From positions 7,983 to 71,982 of IMG/VR virus record IMGVR_UViG_3300008113_000479: DNA of 64,000 nucleotides. One strand, 5' to 3'. Position 1 is the first letter of the stretch, and each line of letters begins with the position of its first letter. This document shows, one piece after another, positions 10,094 to 17,945 of this stretch. Origin of the DNA: a virus. Its lineage: Duplodnaviria > Caudoviricetes. The translations under genes and the position numbers were made by a program. Under the pieces are notes generated by a model that saw only the letters and a list, made by a program, of their open reading frames with translations, was not told where the DNA came from and searched no databases.

Positions 10094-10124
10094 AAAAAAA
10101 GGGCAAGGTTTCCCCTGCCCTTTA
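10094..10124 (-). terminator. intrinsic terminator
   Basis: AAAGGGCAGG-loop-CCTTGCCCTTTTTTT directly after the 337-aa gene. Confidence 0.8.
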
Positions 10125-10134
10125 TTTAAAGAAT

Positions 10135-11148
10135 TTACTTCTTTAAAGCAACCTTCTTTTTAGGAAATGCCTTATTCCAGGCTGTAGCTAATTTATTGTA
10201 ATCAGCCTTTTCCTTAATAATTGCTGCATCGGCAATTACTTTTGCTGCTGCTGCAGCATCTGCTGCAATTTTATTAGCAGCAACTGTTGAATTAGCATCT
10301 GCCAATTGCTTAGACAAAGAATTAATTTGTGCTTGCAACTGTGCAATTGTTCCATTCAAATCAGTTACTGTAAATGATGCTACAACTGCCTTTACTGGAA
10401 CATTTAATCCAGTTACTGCTGTTGCTGAAGAGGCACCAGTTACTGCAATAGTTACTGTTCCAACTGTTGCTACTGCCAAGCTTTCTTTCTTTGATCCTAG
10501 AACTAATGTAGAGTCTGCTGCAACTTGTGCTGCTGTAGACGTCACAATTTGTTTTGAAATTGAGCCATCTGCCCATACTCCACCAATTAATGTTGCAGTT
10601 ACTGTGTCAGATACTGGGTTTCCAAATACATCTGACGTGCTAACTGTAATTTGAGGAATTGTTCCTACTGCTACTGCAGTTGGTACGGATACTCCAACAT
10701 TTGATACAGAACCAGCAATTCCCTTAATGAAAACAACTGTTGAGTATGATCCATTTACAATTGTAACTGAACCTGTCGATGTGGATGTAGTAAATGCATA
10801 CACAGTTACTGCAGCACCTGTAGAGGTTACTGAGTATGATGTTGCACCTGCAGAAGAGTTAACTACTGCATTTGTTGCACTAAGTGCTGTGACTAGCTTA
10901 ACTCCACCTGTTGCGGTGAATGAAACTACAGTTCCAGTGTCTGCTGTCGCTGCTAAAGCAACTGCATCTGCTGAATCTACTGTGTTGTCGGCTGGAACGT
11001 TCGCAGTCGCAGGCGCTGTAGATGTTGTAGCATTTGCTGAACCAGCAACGGTTACCACAAGTGGTGCTGCTGATGCATTAATTGATTGAATGCCTAGTAA
11101 TGCTAGGGCTGCAGCCGAAGCAACGGCAATCTTTTTTAATGACTTCAT
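10135..11148 (-). CDS. exported Ala/Thr/Val-rich surface-type protein
   Basis: Sec signal MKSLKKIAVASAAALALLG..ASA, beta-rich body, coiled coil, C-terminal WNKAFPKKKV. Confidence 0.75.
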   Translation of the reverse strand: MKSLKKIAVASAAALALLGIQSINASAAPLVVTVAGSANATTSTAPATANVPADNTVDSADAVALAATADTGTVVSFTATGGVKLVTALSATNAVVNSSAGATSYSVTSTGAAVTVYAFTTSTSTGSVTIVNGSYSTVVFIKGIAGSVSNVGVSVPTAVAVGTIPQITVSTSDVFGNPVSDTVTATLIGGVWADGSISKQIVTSTAAQVAADSTLVLGSKKESLAVATVGTVTIAVTGASSATAVTGLNVPVKAVVASFTVTDLNGTIAQLQAQINSLSKQLADANSTVAANKIAADAAAAAKVIADAAIIKEKADYNKLATAWNKAFPKKKVALKK

Positions 11149-11249
11149 ATTTTTTATTTCTCCTTTATATCCATTTTTTTACAAAATGGAATTCTGTTTT
11201 TGGGTGTACTCCCATATATATAGACGTTTAACTTGTCTAGTTGTCGCTT

Positions 11250-11426
11250 TTATTGATCCCAAAGTTTTATGTGAAAACTACAGGGATCTCCACCGTCTTC
11301 CCAATCTTGCATTTCTTCATCAGTTAATGGAGGACCCTCATGAGTATCACAAAATACTTCAGATACCCAATTTTTTTCTCGACCATATTCGTACCAAGAT
11401 TGAACATCTAAGAATTCTATAGCCAT
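11250..11426 (-). CDS. 58-aa hypothetical protein
   Basis: Read manually: MAIEFLDVQSWYEYG...CDTHEG...DPCSFHIKLWDQ. Confidence 0.6.
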   Translation of the reverse strand: MAIEFLDVQSWYEYGREKNWVSEVFCDTHEGPPLTDEEMQDWEDGGDPCSFHIKLWDQ

Positions 11427-11722
11427 TGCTTTAGCTCCTCAACCATTTGATGTTTTGGTTTTGCACCAATAATTCTTTTTACTGGTTTTCCTTTTTCAAA
11501 TATTATTGTTGTTGGAACTGATGAAACATCATATTTGTAAGCAGTGTTTGGATTTTCATCTATGTCTAATTTTGCAATCCATACATTATTTTCTTTAGAT
11601 ATTTCATCTAAAATTGGAGAAAACATTTTGCATGGTCTGCACCATGTAGCCCAAAAATCTACTACTAAAACATTATGTAAAGACAATAATTTATCAAAAT
11701 TTAACTCATTTGCCTCTAGCAT
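11417..11722 (-). CDS. trxA: thioredoxin
   Basis: VDFWATWCRPCK, SVPT, IIGAKPK. Confidence 0.93.
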   Translation of the reverse strand: MLEANELNFDKLLSLHNVLVVDFWATWCRPCKMFSPILDEISKENNVWIAKLDIDENPNTAYKYDVSSVPTTIIFEKGKPVKRIIGAKPKHQMVEELKQWL

Positions 11723-11928
11723 TATTTGTTTTTTAATTCCTCCGCTGCAGAATTAAACTTGTTCATAAATGTTTGTATTACAAAAAATGTAGTCTCTCCA
11801 GCATTTTTAGCCATAGCCTGAGAGGCCTCTTCGTTTTTTTCTGTCTCTGGTACAGAGTTGTACCACTTTTGGTACAACTCTGCAGAAACCTCTTTAATAA
11901 TTTCTTCTAATACGGTAATATTAGCCAT
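11722..11928 (-). CDS. hypothetical protein
   Basis: Coupled ORF in the operon. Confidence 0.65.
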   Translation of the reverse strand: MANITVLEEIIKEVSAELYQKWYNSVPETEKNEEASQAMAKNAGETTFFVIQTFMNKFNSAAEELKNK

Positions 11929-13054
11929 TTATTTTTTTAGCCCATTCTAATTTAATAGCAGCAAGCTTATCAGCAGCAGCCTTAACCTCTGCTTGATATT
12001 GAGCCTCAGCAGCAGCAATTGCTTTATTTGCTTCAGCTATTATAGCAGCTTTTTTCTCCGCAGCAATCTGCTCTGCAGTTTTTGTTACAGGAGCTGGTAT
12101 TGTTGTTACGGTACTTGTTGCTGGCACTTGAGCCTCAATTGGAGTTTGAGATGACGGTATAAGTTTACCATATTGACCTCTTGCACCTTTAATTGGTTTA
12201 GAGATAGCATTTAATTTATTAATAACTTCATCATATGACTTTAACTGTGACTTCATATTAATCCACATTGCAGCAGCAACTTGTGTAGAGATAGAAGATC
12301 CTGTAGCATATTTTATTGATCCTCCTGGATTGACAACTTGCATATTACCTATAGCATAAAAATCTAATCTATCTTTATCAAAATTAGAATAATTATCTAT
12401 TTGTTCATATTGATCGGCCATACCAATTGATATTGAATCATTAATGCACGCTGGCCAAGATAATCTAAAAAGATCTCTCATGTTTCCTGCTGCAAAAAAT
12501 ACAGGAGTACCAGAAGATACAAGAGAAGAAATTACTCCACGCAACATTGTGCTTGCTGGACAATAGTCTGTTAAAGTAGTTAGTATATTGTGATTTGCCT
12601 GAGACATAGCAACTGCTTGAATATTAAATTTAGATTGATTATCTAATACCCATTTAAGCGCTAAAGATACACCAGTTTCACCAGTAGATTGTCTTGCACC
12701 AGAAGGAGTATTTCCAATAATTCTAATAAAAACAATTTTAATATTCGGATTAGTTCTAACAGCAACAGATGCCATTTGAGTTCCGTGATCAAACCCATTT
12801 TTAGAAATTATATTTGAAGGAAGAACTGCAGAACCTGTTCCTTCCATATACTTTTGTCCATTTGGACATGAGGCCCATTCTAATACACAAACCTCATATA
12901 CAATTTTATCTTTAAAAATTGGTAATGAAGTATCTAATGCTGTGTCTAAAATAGCTACTGTAGGGGCTTGTTGTTCCGCCTTAGCCTCTACAGCAAGAAA
13001 TAAAGTAGATAGTAGTGATATTACTGATACTGCACTTATTAGTTTTTTATTCAT
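11921..13054 (-). CDS. secreted S8 (subtilisin-like) peptidase
   Basis: Signal peptide; VAILDTA, HGTQMA, AAGN, GSSIS catalytic motifs. Confidence 0.85.
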   Translation of the reverse strand: MNKKLISAVSVISLLSTLFLAVEAKAEQQAPTVAILDTALDTSLPIFKDKIVYEVCVLEWASCPNGQKYMEGTGSAVLPSNIISKNGFDHGTQMASVAVRTNPNIKIVFIRIIGNTPSGARQSTGETGVSLALKWVLDNQSKFNIQAVAMSQANHNILTTLTDYCPASTMLRGVISSLVSSGTPVFFAAGNMRDLFRLSWPACINDSISIGMADQYEQIDNYSNFDKDRLDFYAIGNMQVVNPGGSIKYATGSSISTQVAAAMWINMKSQLKSYDEVINKLNAISKPIKGARGQYGKLIPSSQTPIEAQVPATSTVTTIPAPVTKTAEQIAAEKKAAIIAEANKAIAAAEAQYQAEVKAAADKLAAIKLEWAKKING

Positions 13055-13086
13055 AGGTACATTCTACTAAAATGTACCCAAATATG

Positions 13087-13257
13087 TCAAGGGTTTTTGT
13101 CTATGCGCCTTTGATACCATTTACCAGCGTCTAATTGAGGTTGTGGTAAGTTATTTGCCTCTAACAATGTAGCAAGCATATTATTTAATAAATCTAATTC
13201 AAATTCAAGTCTAACAATCTGCATCTCTAGCAGTCTTAATCTTTCTGACTTTCTCAT
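13087..13257 (-). CDS. 56-aa coiled-coil protein
   Basis: Read manually: MRKSERLRLLEMQIVRLEFELDLL. Confidence 0.55.
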   Translation of the reverse strand: MRKSERLRLLEMQIVRLEFELDLLNNMLATLLEANNLPQPQLDAGKWYQRRIDKNP

Positions 13258-13259
13258 TT

Positions 13260-13463
13260 TTACCTATCTGTTGGGGTGGGAGCAGTTGCCAAACTACCAC
13301 AATTTGCACATTCCATGTCTAAAAAATAAGTTGCAATGTCAAAATCTTCAAAAATTACTTTTAGATTCCAAATAAAACAACCACAAGGACAAACATGGGT
13401 TGGGGTTCCTCTTAAATCCATAGCCATATTATAATTTTCTGGCTTTAGATTATTTATATCCAT
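13260..13463 (-). CDS. zinc-ribbon protein
   Basis: DLRGTPTHVCPCG and MECANCGSLATAPTP. Confidence 0.7.
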   Translation of the reverse strand: MDINNLKPENYNMAMDLRGTPTHVCPCGCFIWNLKVIFEDFDIATYFLDMECANCGSLATAPTPTDR

Positions 13464-13478
13464 ATAATTAATTATACT

Positions 13479-14048
13479 CTAGACTTCTATGATTGTAAAG
13501 GGTGGTCTAACTGACATGTTGAATTTTGCAGCAGCCTCTAGGGCCATTCTAACACGTTTACGGGGGGTCTTAATAGATGTAGTAGAGAACAAAGATCCTA
13601 GCGCTAACTCTTGTCCAGCACCCTCTGCCATATATTGAATGTCTGCTTCTCCTATATGGAAGTCACTATCCATGGTAAATATTCTTCCAGTAGCTTGAAC
13701 TGCTATTAAGAATACTCCGCCTTCATCGCCATCTTCTGTAGAGCCTGCGGTTTGATTTCCATACCCTTGTTCTTTAAATGCTTCTTTGATTGATTCAACA
13801 AATTTAGTACGCATAAATTTATCTAAATTTTTGAAACCTGCTGTTGGTTTATAAATTGGTGGAGTCCAATTATATTGAAGTATTTGTCCCATTCTAAAAC
13901 TATCAACAAATGCTATTCCAAATTGCCCCACTCTAAAAACTTTTGGGTCTACTCTGGAAAATATTAATCCAGTTTTATCGTCGGATGCAGCAGAATCTCC
14001 TCCTAGGAGGACTTTATTTTCATGAATAAGGGCTACCACTGCAGTCAT
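13479..14048 (-). CDS. Ntn-hydrolase, proteasome-beta/HslV-like protease
   Basis: Thr immediately after Met (MTAVVAL), GGDS, PKVF, GAG..ALG. Confidence 0.75.
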   Translation of the reverse strand: MTAVVALIHENKVLLGGDSAASDDKTGLIFSRVDPKVFRVGQFGIAFVDSFRMGQILQYNWTPPIYKPTAGFKNLDKFMRTKFVESIKEAFKEQGYGNQTAGSTEDGDEGGVFLIAVQATGRIFTMDSDFHIGEADIQYMAEGAGQELALGSLFSTTSIKTPRKRVRMALEAAAKFNMSVRPPFTIIEV

Positions 14049-14073
14049 AAAGACTAGTATACTAAATTAAAAA

Positions 14074-14385
14074 TTATCTGTCCAAAACCTCGTTTGTTTC
14101 TATTTCTGAGAGGCTTCTGAGGGCATCTTCGAGCTCAGATTTAATTAAAATTAATTCTTGAATGGCTTCGTAATATTTGTCTTTCCATTCAGTTAATTCT
14201 TTTTCTATTTGATACAATTCAATTTTAAGATCTTTTACTTCTAATTTTAATTGATCTTGCTCACGCTCTTTTTGTCTATTTTTTTCTTTTTTACTTTCGT
14301 TCAGACCAGCAATAATTGCCGTCCCCATGCCAGACAATATCGCAGCAGATATTGCAATAATTATAGAGTTCAGATCTAGATTCAT
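14074..14385 (-). CDS. membrane-anchored coiled-coil protein
   Basis: N-terminal TM helix followed by heptads. Confidence 0.65.
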   Translation of the reverse strand: MNLDLNSIIIAISAAILSGMGTAIIAGLNESKKEKNRQKEREQDQLKLEVKDLKIELYQIEKELTEWKDKYYEAIQELILIKSELEDALRSLSEIETNEVLDR

Positions 14386-14414
14386 TATATATCATATTAT
14401 ACAGCAAATGTTTG

Positions 14415-14651
14415 CTAAATTAATAATTCAGAAGCAGAGATTTCATCTCCAACATATTTCTTTTTTAAAACAAATTCTCTAACACTTTCTGGACCACTTT
14501 GTCTGCCAGTAATAACAATTAGCCATCTTGGTTCAAATTTTGATTCTATACATCCTTCACACATAAATAAATTAATTGGAAGTAATGTAGACTTTTTAAG
14601 GTTTAGTTTATTTTTAGTTTTATTGCAAGAATAACAAAGAACTTTATCCAT
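14415..14651 (-). CDS. zinc-finger hypothetical protein
   Basis: CYSC and CEGC, FEPRW. Confidence 0.7.
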   Translation of the reverse strand: MDKVLCYSCNKTKNKLNLKKSTLLPINLFMCEGCIESKFEPRWLIVITGRQSGPESVREFVLKKKYVGDEISASELLI

Positions 14652-14868
14652 TATATTCCTCTTCTACATGTGTAAACACAAGTTCATCCATAATTGAAAA
14701 ATCTGAATTGTCTACCAACTCTTCGTACTCCATTTCATCCTTTTTATATTTTACTATAGAAGCAAACGCTCCAAGTTTTTCTGTAGATCCGTACACTCCT
14801 AGATCATGAATAAATACAATTAGTACTCTATCGTAATATTCTTTCACTAGGAACTCCTTCCAGCTCAC
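14644..14868 (-). CDS. hypothetical protein
   Basis: ORF in the operon. Confidence 0.6.
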   Translation of the reverse strand: MSWKEFLVKEYYDRVLIVFIHDLGVYGSTEKLGAFASIVKYKKDEMEYEELVDNSDFSIMDELVFTHVEEEYNG

Positions 14869-15148
14869 ATCTTACGCCATATGACTCAAGTAATTTTTTT
14901 ACTTTTAATACATAGTCTATGACCATTTCTTTTTTAACGCCTTCAAACTGTATAAAGTTATCTTCATATAATCTTATTGCTAAAAATTCTGGATATTTTA
15001 CTATATCCATCTGTAAGTTGTTAACTGGCTTTGTAATTCCTCTTATTGCTTTTGACATTTCTGGTGTATAAAATACTGGCTTGTTTGGTTCGCCAGTCCA
15101 TTGATTAATTCCATGTTTAAAATGATTTTTGTTTTTATCAATAAACAT
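14828..15148 (-). CDS. hypothetical protein
   Basis: ORF in the operon downstream of whiB. Confidence 0.65.
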   Translation of the reverse strand: MFIDKNKNHFKHGINQWTGEPNKPVFYTPEMSKAIRGITKPVNNLQMDIVKYPEFLAIRLYEDNFIQFEGVKKEMVIDYVLKVKKLLESYGVRCELEGVPSERILR

Positions 15149-15449
15149 TTTTCTTTTTCAATCTTTTCCATGTGTCACTTGTTTTATGTAAATTTCTAGT
15201 TTTATCAATTGTCCCAGAGTTTAAATAAACTCCGCCCCATACGCCATACTCATTGTTATCTGATCCAGATTTATAGCACATTGCTATAACAGGACATGCT
15301 AAACATGCTTCATCAATATTTTTTGCAATTTTAGAATCGTTTTCATATTTATCATAAAATAAATTGGTGTCCATGCCTCTGCAAACTGCAAGGTGCCACC
15401 AGTCTAAATCGTCTTTATCTACCCCTAGATCATTTAAAATATTTGACAT
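15138..15449 (-). CDS. whiB: WhiB-family Fe-S transcription factor
   Basis: AVCRGMDTNLFY, CLACPVIAMC, GVWGG. Confidence 0.92.
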   Translation of the reverse strand: MSNILNDLGVDKDDLDWWHLAVCRGMDTNLFYDKYENDSKIAKNIDEACLACPVIAMCYKSGSDNNEYGVWGGVYLNSGTIDKTRNLHKTSDTWKRLKKKNVY

Positions 15450-15660
15450 ATTGTTTAGGTAGAACCCACATTCCTTTATTGTTTACAGATACTTTATCTG
15501 CTATTCCCCAGTGTTTATTAAATAATCCATTTATATTAAAAAATCCGTTATGATTCTTTTTCCAAATAATTAAATCGTAATTATTCCAATATGCTTTATT
15601 TATAATTGTGTTGTATCTATTAATAAATACGTCAACACCAGTTTCATTTAAATGAATCAT
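15430..15660 (-). CDS. hypothetical protein
   Basis: First gene after the TTGACA-18-TATAAT promoter. Confidence 0.65.
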   Translation of the reverse strand: MIHLNETGVDVFINRYNTIINKAYWNNYDLIIWKKNHNGFFNINGLFNKHWGIADKVSVNNKGMWVLPKQYVKYFK

Positions 15661-15696
15661 ATTTCCTTACAAATAAAGGGCAAATCCCTATATACT

Positions 15697-15726
15697 ATTA
15701 TACAGGGATTCTTAAAGCCTTGTCAA
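15697..15726 (-). promoter_or_regulatory. consensus sigma70/HrdB promoter of the whiB operon
   Basis: TTGACA-18nt-TATAAT. Confidence 0.75.
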
Positions 15727-15735
15727 CTGATTTTA

Positions 15736-16398
15736 TTACTTATTTTTTGGTATTAATTTTTGAGGGCCTTCTGTACCAAATAAGGATTTTTTAATTGGAA
15801 CACAATTAGGTACTTGTCGACCATTTTTATTTTTCATTCCTACTTGCTTATATCCTGACCAGCATGCTTTTTGTAAATTATCCCATTTATCTTCTTCTTC
15901 ATTATCTGACTCATAATCCTCGTCCTCTTCATCTTCTTCATTTTCTGGCTTAGGATCTACAGATTTTACTAAAGTATCTTCTGGAATTTCAATAACTGTA
16001 TCTATTGGATTAATTGCATCTTCTAGCATATCTTTAATTTCTTCTATTACTTCTTGTACCTCTATTGATTTTTTCATATTTTTCTCCCTATTAACTATTT
16101 TACGGGACCAAGAGAATCCTGCATCTCCACCCCACGCTAACCACATAATTTTACCATTAGATGGGTTTTCAGCATTATTAAAATCTTTACCTTTTTTATC
16201 AACTTCATGACGTGAAAAAAATGAATACATACGCTTAACTGTAGAAAGACTTAATGTTTCTCCACGAGCTAATTGTCCTGCACGAGTCCAGCCTACTGCT
16301 GTTCCTGCGCCTTTAGCCTTACCCTGCTCTTTTAATTTAATAGCACGACGTGCTGCTGATTGCATACCAGAGGTTGGCTTATATCCTTCTTTTGCCAT
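15736..16398 (-). CDS. putative virion/head-associated protein
   Basis: N-terminal domain KRMYSFFSRH...WLAWGGDAG, acidic linker, C-terminal CWSGY..VPNCVP module. Confidence 0.55.
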   Translation of the reverse strand: MAKEGYKPTSGMQSAARRAIKLKEQGKAKGAGTAVGWTRAGQLARGETLSLSTVKRMYSFFSRHEVDKKGKDFNNAENPSNGKIMWLAWGGDAGFSWSRKIVNREKNMKKSIEVQEVIEEIKDMLEDAINPIDTVIEIPEDTLVKSVDPKPENEEDEEDEDYESDNEEEDKWDNLQKACWSGYKQVGMKNKNGRQVPNCVPIKKSLFGTEGPQKLIPKNK

Positions 16399-16399
16399 A

Positions 16400-16543
16400 T
16401 TATTTCTCCTTAACGTTAATTATTTTAACGTTTTTGATTTCGTCATCTACGCCAAATATATCATTAGCATAATCTAGAGCATCATTTTCGTCAAATGCTT
16501 CTACTTCTACCTCTACTTCTAACTTTACTTTATAAATATTCAT
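16400..16543 (-). CDS. 47-aa hypothetical protein
   Basis: Read manually: MNIYKVKLEVEVEVEAFDENDA. Confidence 0.55.
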   Translation of the reverse strand: MNIYKVKLEVEVEVEAFDENDALDYANDIFGVDDEIKNVKIINVKEK

Positions 16544-17119
16544 TTACTTAATTGCTTGACCACACTCTGAGCATGTTTTTGCCTTTTTAGTTGTTTTTGC
16601 AGCAGGTTCAGATTTTGCAACAGCGCTTGCTCCAAATTTAGGTCTTCCAAATCCAACAATTGAAACCATTATATTCTTTTTATTTTTTTTATATGCACGA
16701 AGCTTTTTGCAAACTTCTCCGCCATTTCTTTGGCTTCCTTTAGGATCTCCAGAAGTATTACCTTCAATGCACCAAACTGTTCCGTCACCATTATCTACTG
16801 CGACTATTCCTACGTGTGATATTCTATCTACACCATCTGATGGGAAATCAAAATATGCAACATCGCCTGGCTCTGGATCTGCAATGTCGCCATCAATCCA
16901 TTGACCAGCTTTTTTAAATGCTGCTGCTCCGCCTGGAGTATAAACTGTATTGGGAACTTTTACTCCTGCTTCGTTTGCACACCACATAACAAATGATCCA
17001 CACCAAGGTTGGAAATTAGCTTTTGTAAATGCACCATATTTTGTTTCATTATCTTTAGGACCCTCAACAGTTCCTATTTCAGCAGTAGCAACTTCAACAA
17101 ATTTTTGTGCTGTTGACAT
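16544..17119 (-). CDS. CHAP-domain endolysin/amidase
   Basis: PWCGSFVMWC, SHVGIV, IEGNT. Confidence 0.88.
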   Translation of the reverse strand: MSTAQKFVEVATAEIGTVEGPKDNETKYGAFTKANFQPWCGSFVMWCANEAGVKVPNTVYTPGGAAAFKKAGQWIDGDIADPEPGDVAYFDFPSDGVDRISHVGIVAVDNGDGTVWCIEGNTSGDPKGSQRNGGEVCKKLRAYKKNKKNIMVSIVGFGRPKFGASAVAKSEPAAKTTKKAKTCSECGQAIK

Positions 17120-17121
17120 GC

Positions 17122-17532
17122 TTACTCTTTATCCCAGCTTGTATCAACTGGTTGTTCTGCTGGCATTGCACCATCTGGCTTAGCTAGCCTACGTGCTTTT
17201 GCATCATCAATTTCTGCTTCTAATTTTTTATCTGCTTGTGTATTCTTGGCATCAATTTCTTTATTAGCAATTTGTGCAGACATTATATCTTTTGCGCCTG
17301 ATGACCCAATTAATAAACCTGCAAGAGTTCCTGTAATAAATGTTGCAACTGATCCAAGAACATTAAAGAACATTTTATCATTTTCAGATTGACCTGTAAT
17401 TGGTTGTGTTACAAATATTAATGCATACATAATTCCAACTGAAGTAATAAATAGGATAGATCCTAATGTAATTCCTAAAATAAACTTTAATCTTGCATCT
17501 AATTCCGCTGGGGTTAATCTTTCTTTAGCCAT
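17122..17532 (-). CDS. two-TM membrane protein (holin candidate)
   Basis: Two TM helices; adjacent to the endolysin. Confidence 0.6.
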   Translation of the reverse strand: MAKERLTPAELDARLKFILGITLGSILFITSVGIMYALIFVTQPITGQSENDKMFFNVLGSVATFITGTLAGLLIGSSGAKDIMSAQIANKEIDAKNTQADKKLEAEIDDAKARRLAKPDGAMPAEQPVDTSWDKE

Positions 17533-17722
17533 TTACTGTTTCCTTTGTGTCCGCTAAATCTTCTGGACATGCTCCGTTAGCCGTACAGATTGGTGGTTTG
17601 CATTCTGCACTTTGCCAGTTAGCAGGATCTTGACATGGATATCTGTAATGACCATCATAGCCACATCCACTAATAGACAATACTAAAAGGCTAGAAGCCA
17701 AAAACACCTTTATTTTTTTCAT
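17525..17722 (-). CDS. small lipoprotein
   Basis: Lipobox ISG-C after a signal peptide; four further Cys. Confidence 0.7.
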   Translation of the reverse strand: MKKIKVFLASSLLVLSISGCGYDGHYRYPCQDPANWQSAECKPPICTANGACPEDLADTKETVNG

Positions 17723-17757
17723 AAGTCTATTATAGCAAATGTAAGGTTAGTATGCTA

Positions 17758-17943
17758 TTACTCTTCTTTTTCTGCTTTTTCCCTAATTCCAATAGTCATA
17801 AACCATATAGCTACAGAGGCTAAAGTTACATATCCTACTACTGTTTTAGCGCTGCCCTCGAGAACAACCCAGGCTACAAAAAATCCTAGAAATGTAAAGT
17901 TTTCGCTAAGAATAGCTATAGCTCTTTTTTTTAACCAGTTCAT
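17758..17943 (-). CDS. small two-TM membrane protein
   Basis: Two hydrophobic helices. Confidence 0.65.
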   Translation of the reverse strand: MNWLKKRAIAILSENFTFLGFFVAWVVLEGSAKTVVGYVTLASVAIWFMTIGIREKAEKEE

Positions 17944-17945
17944 AT

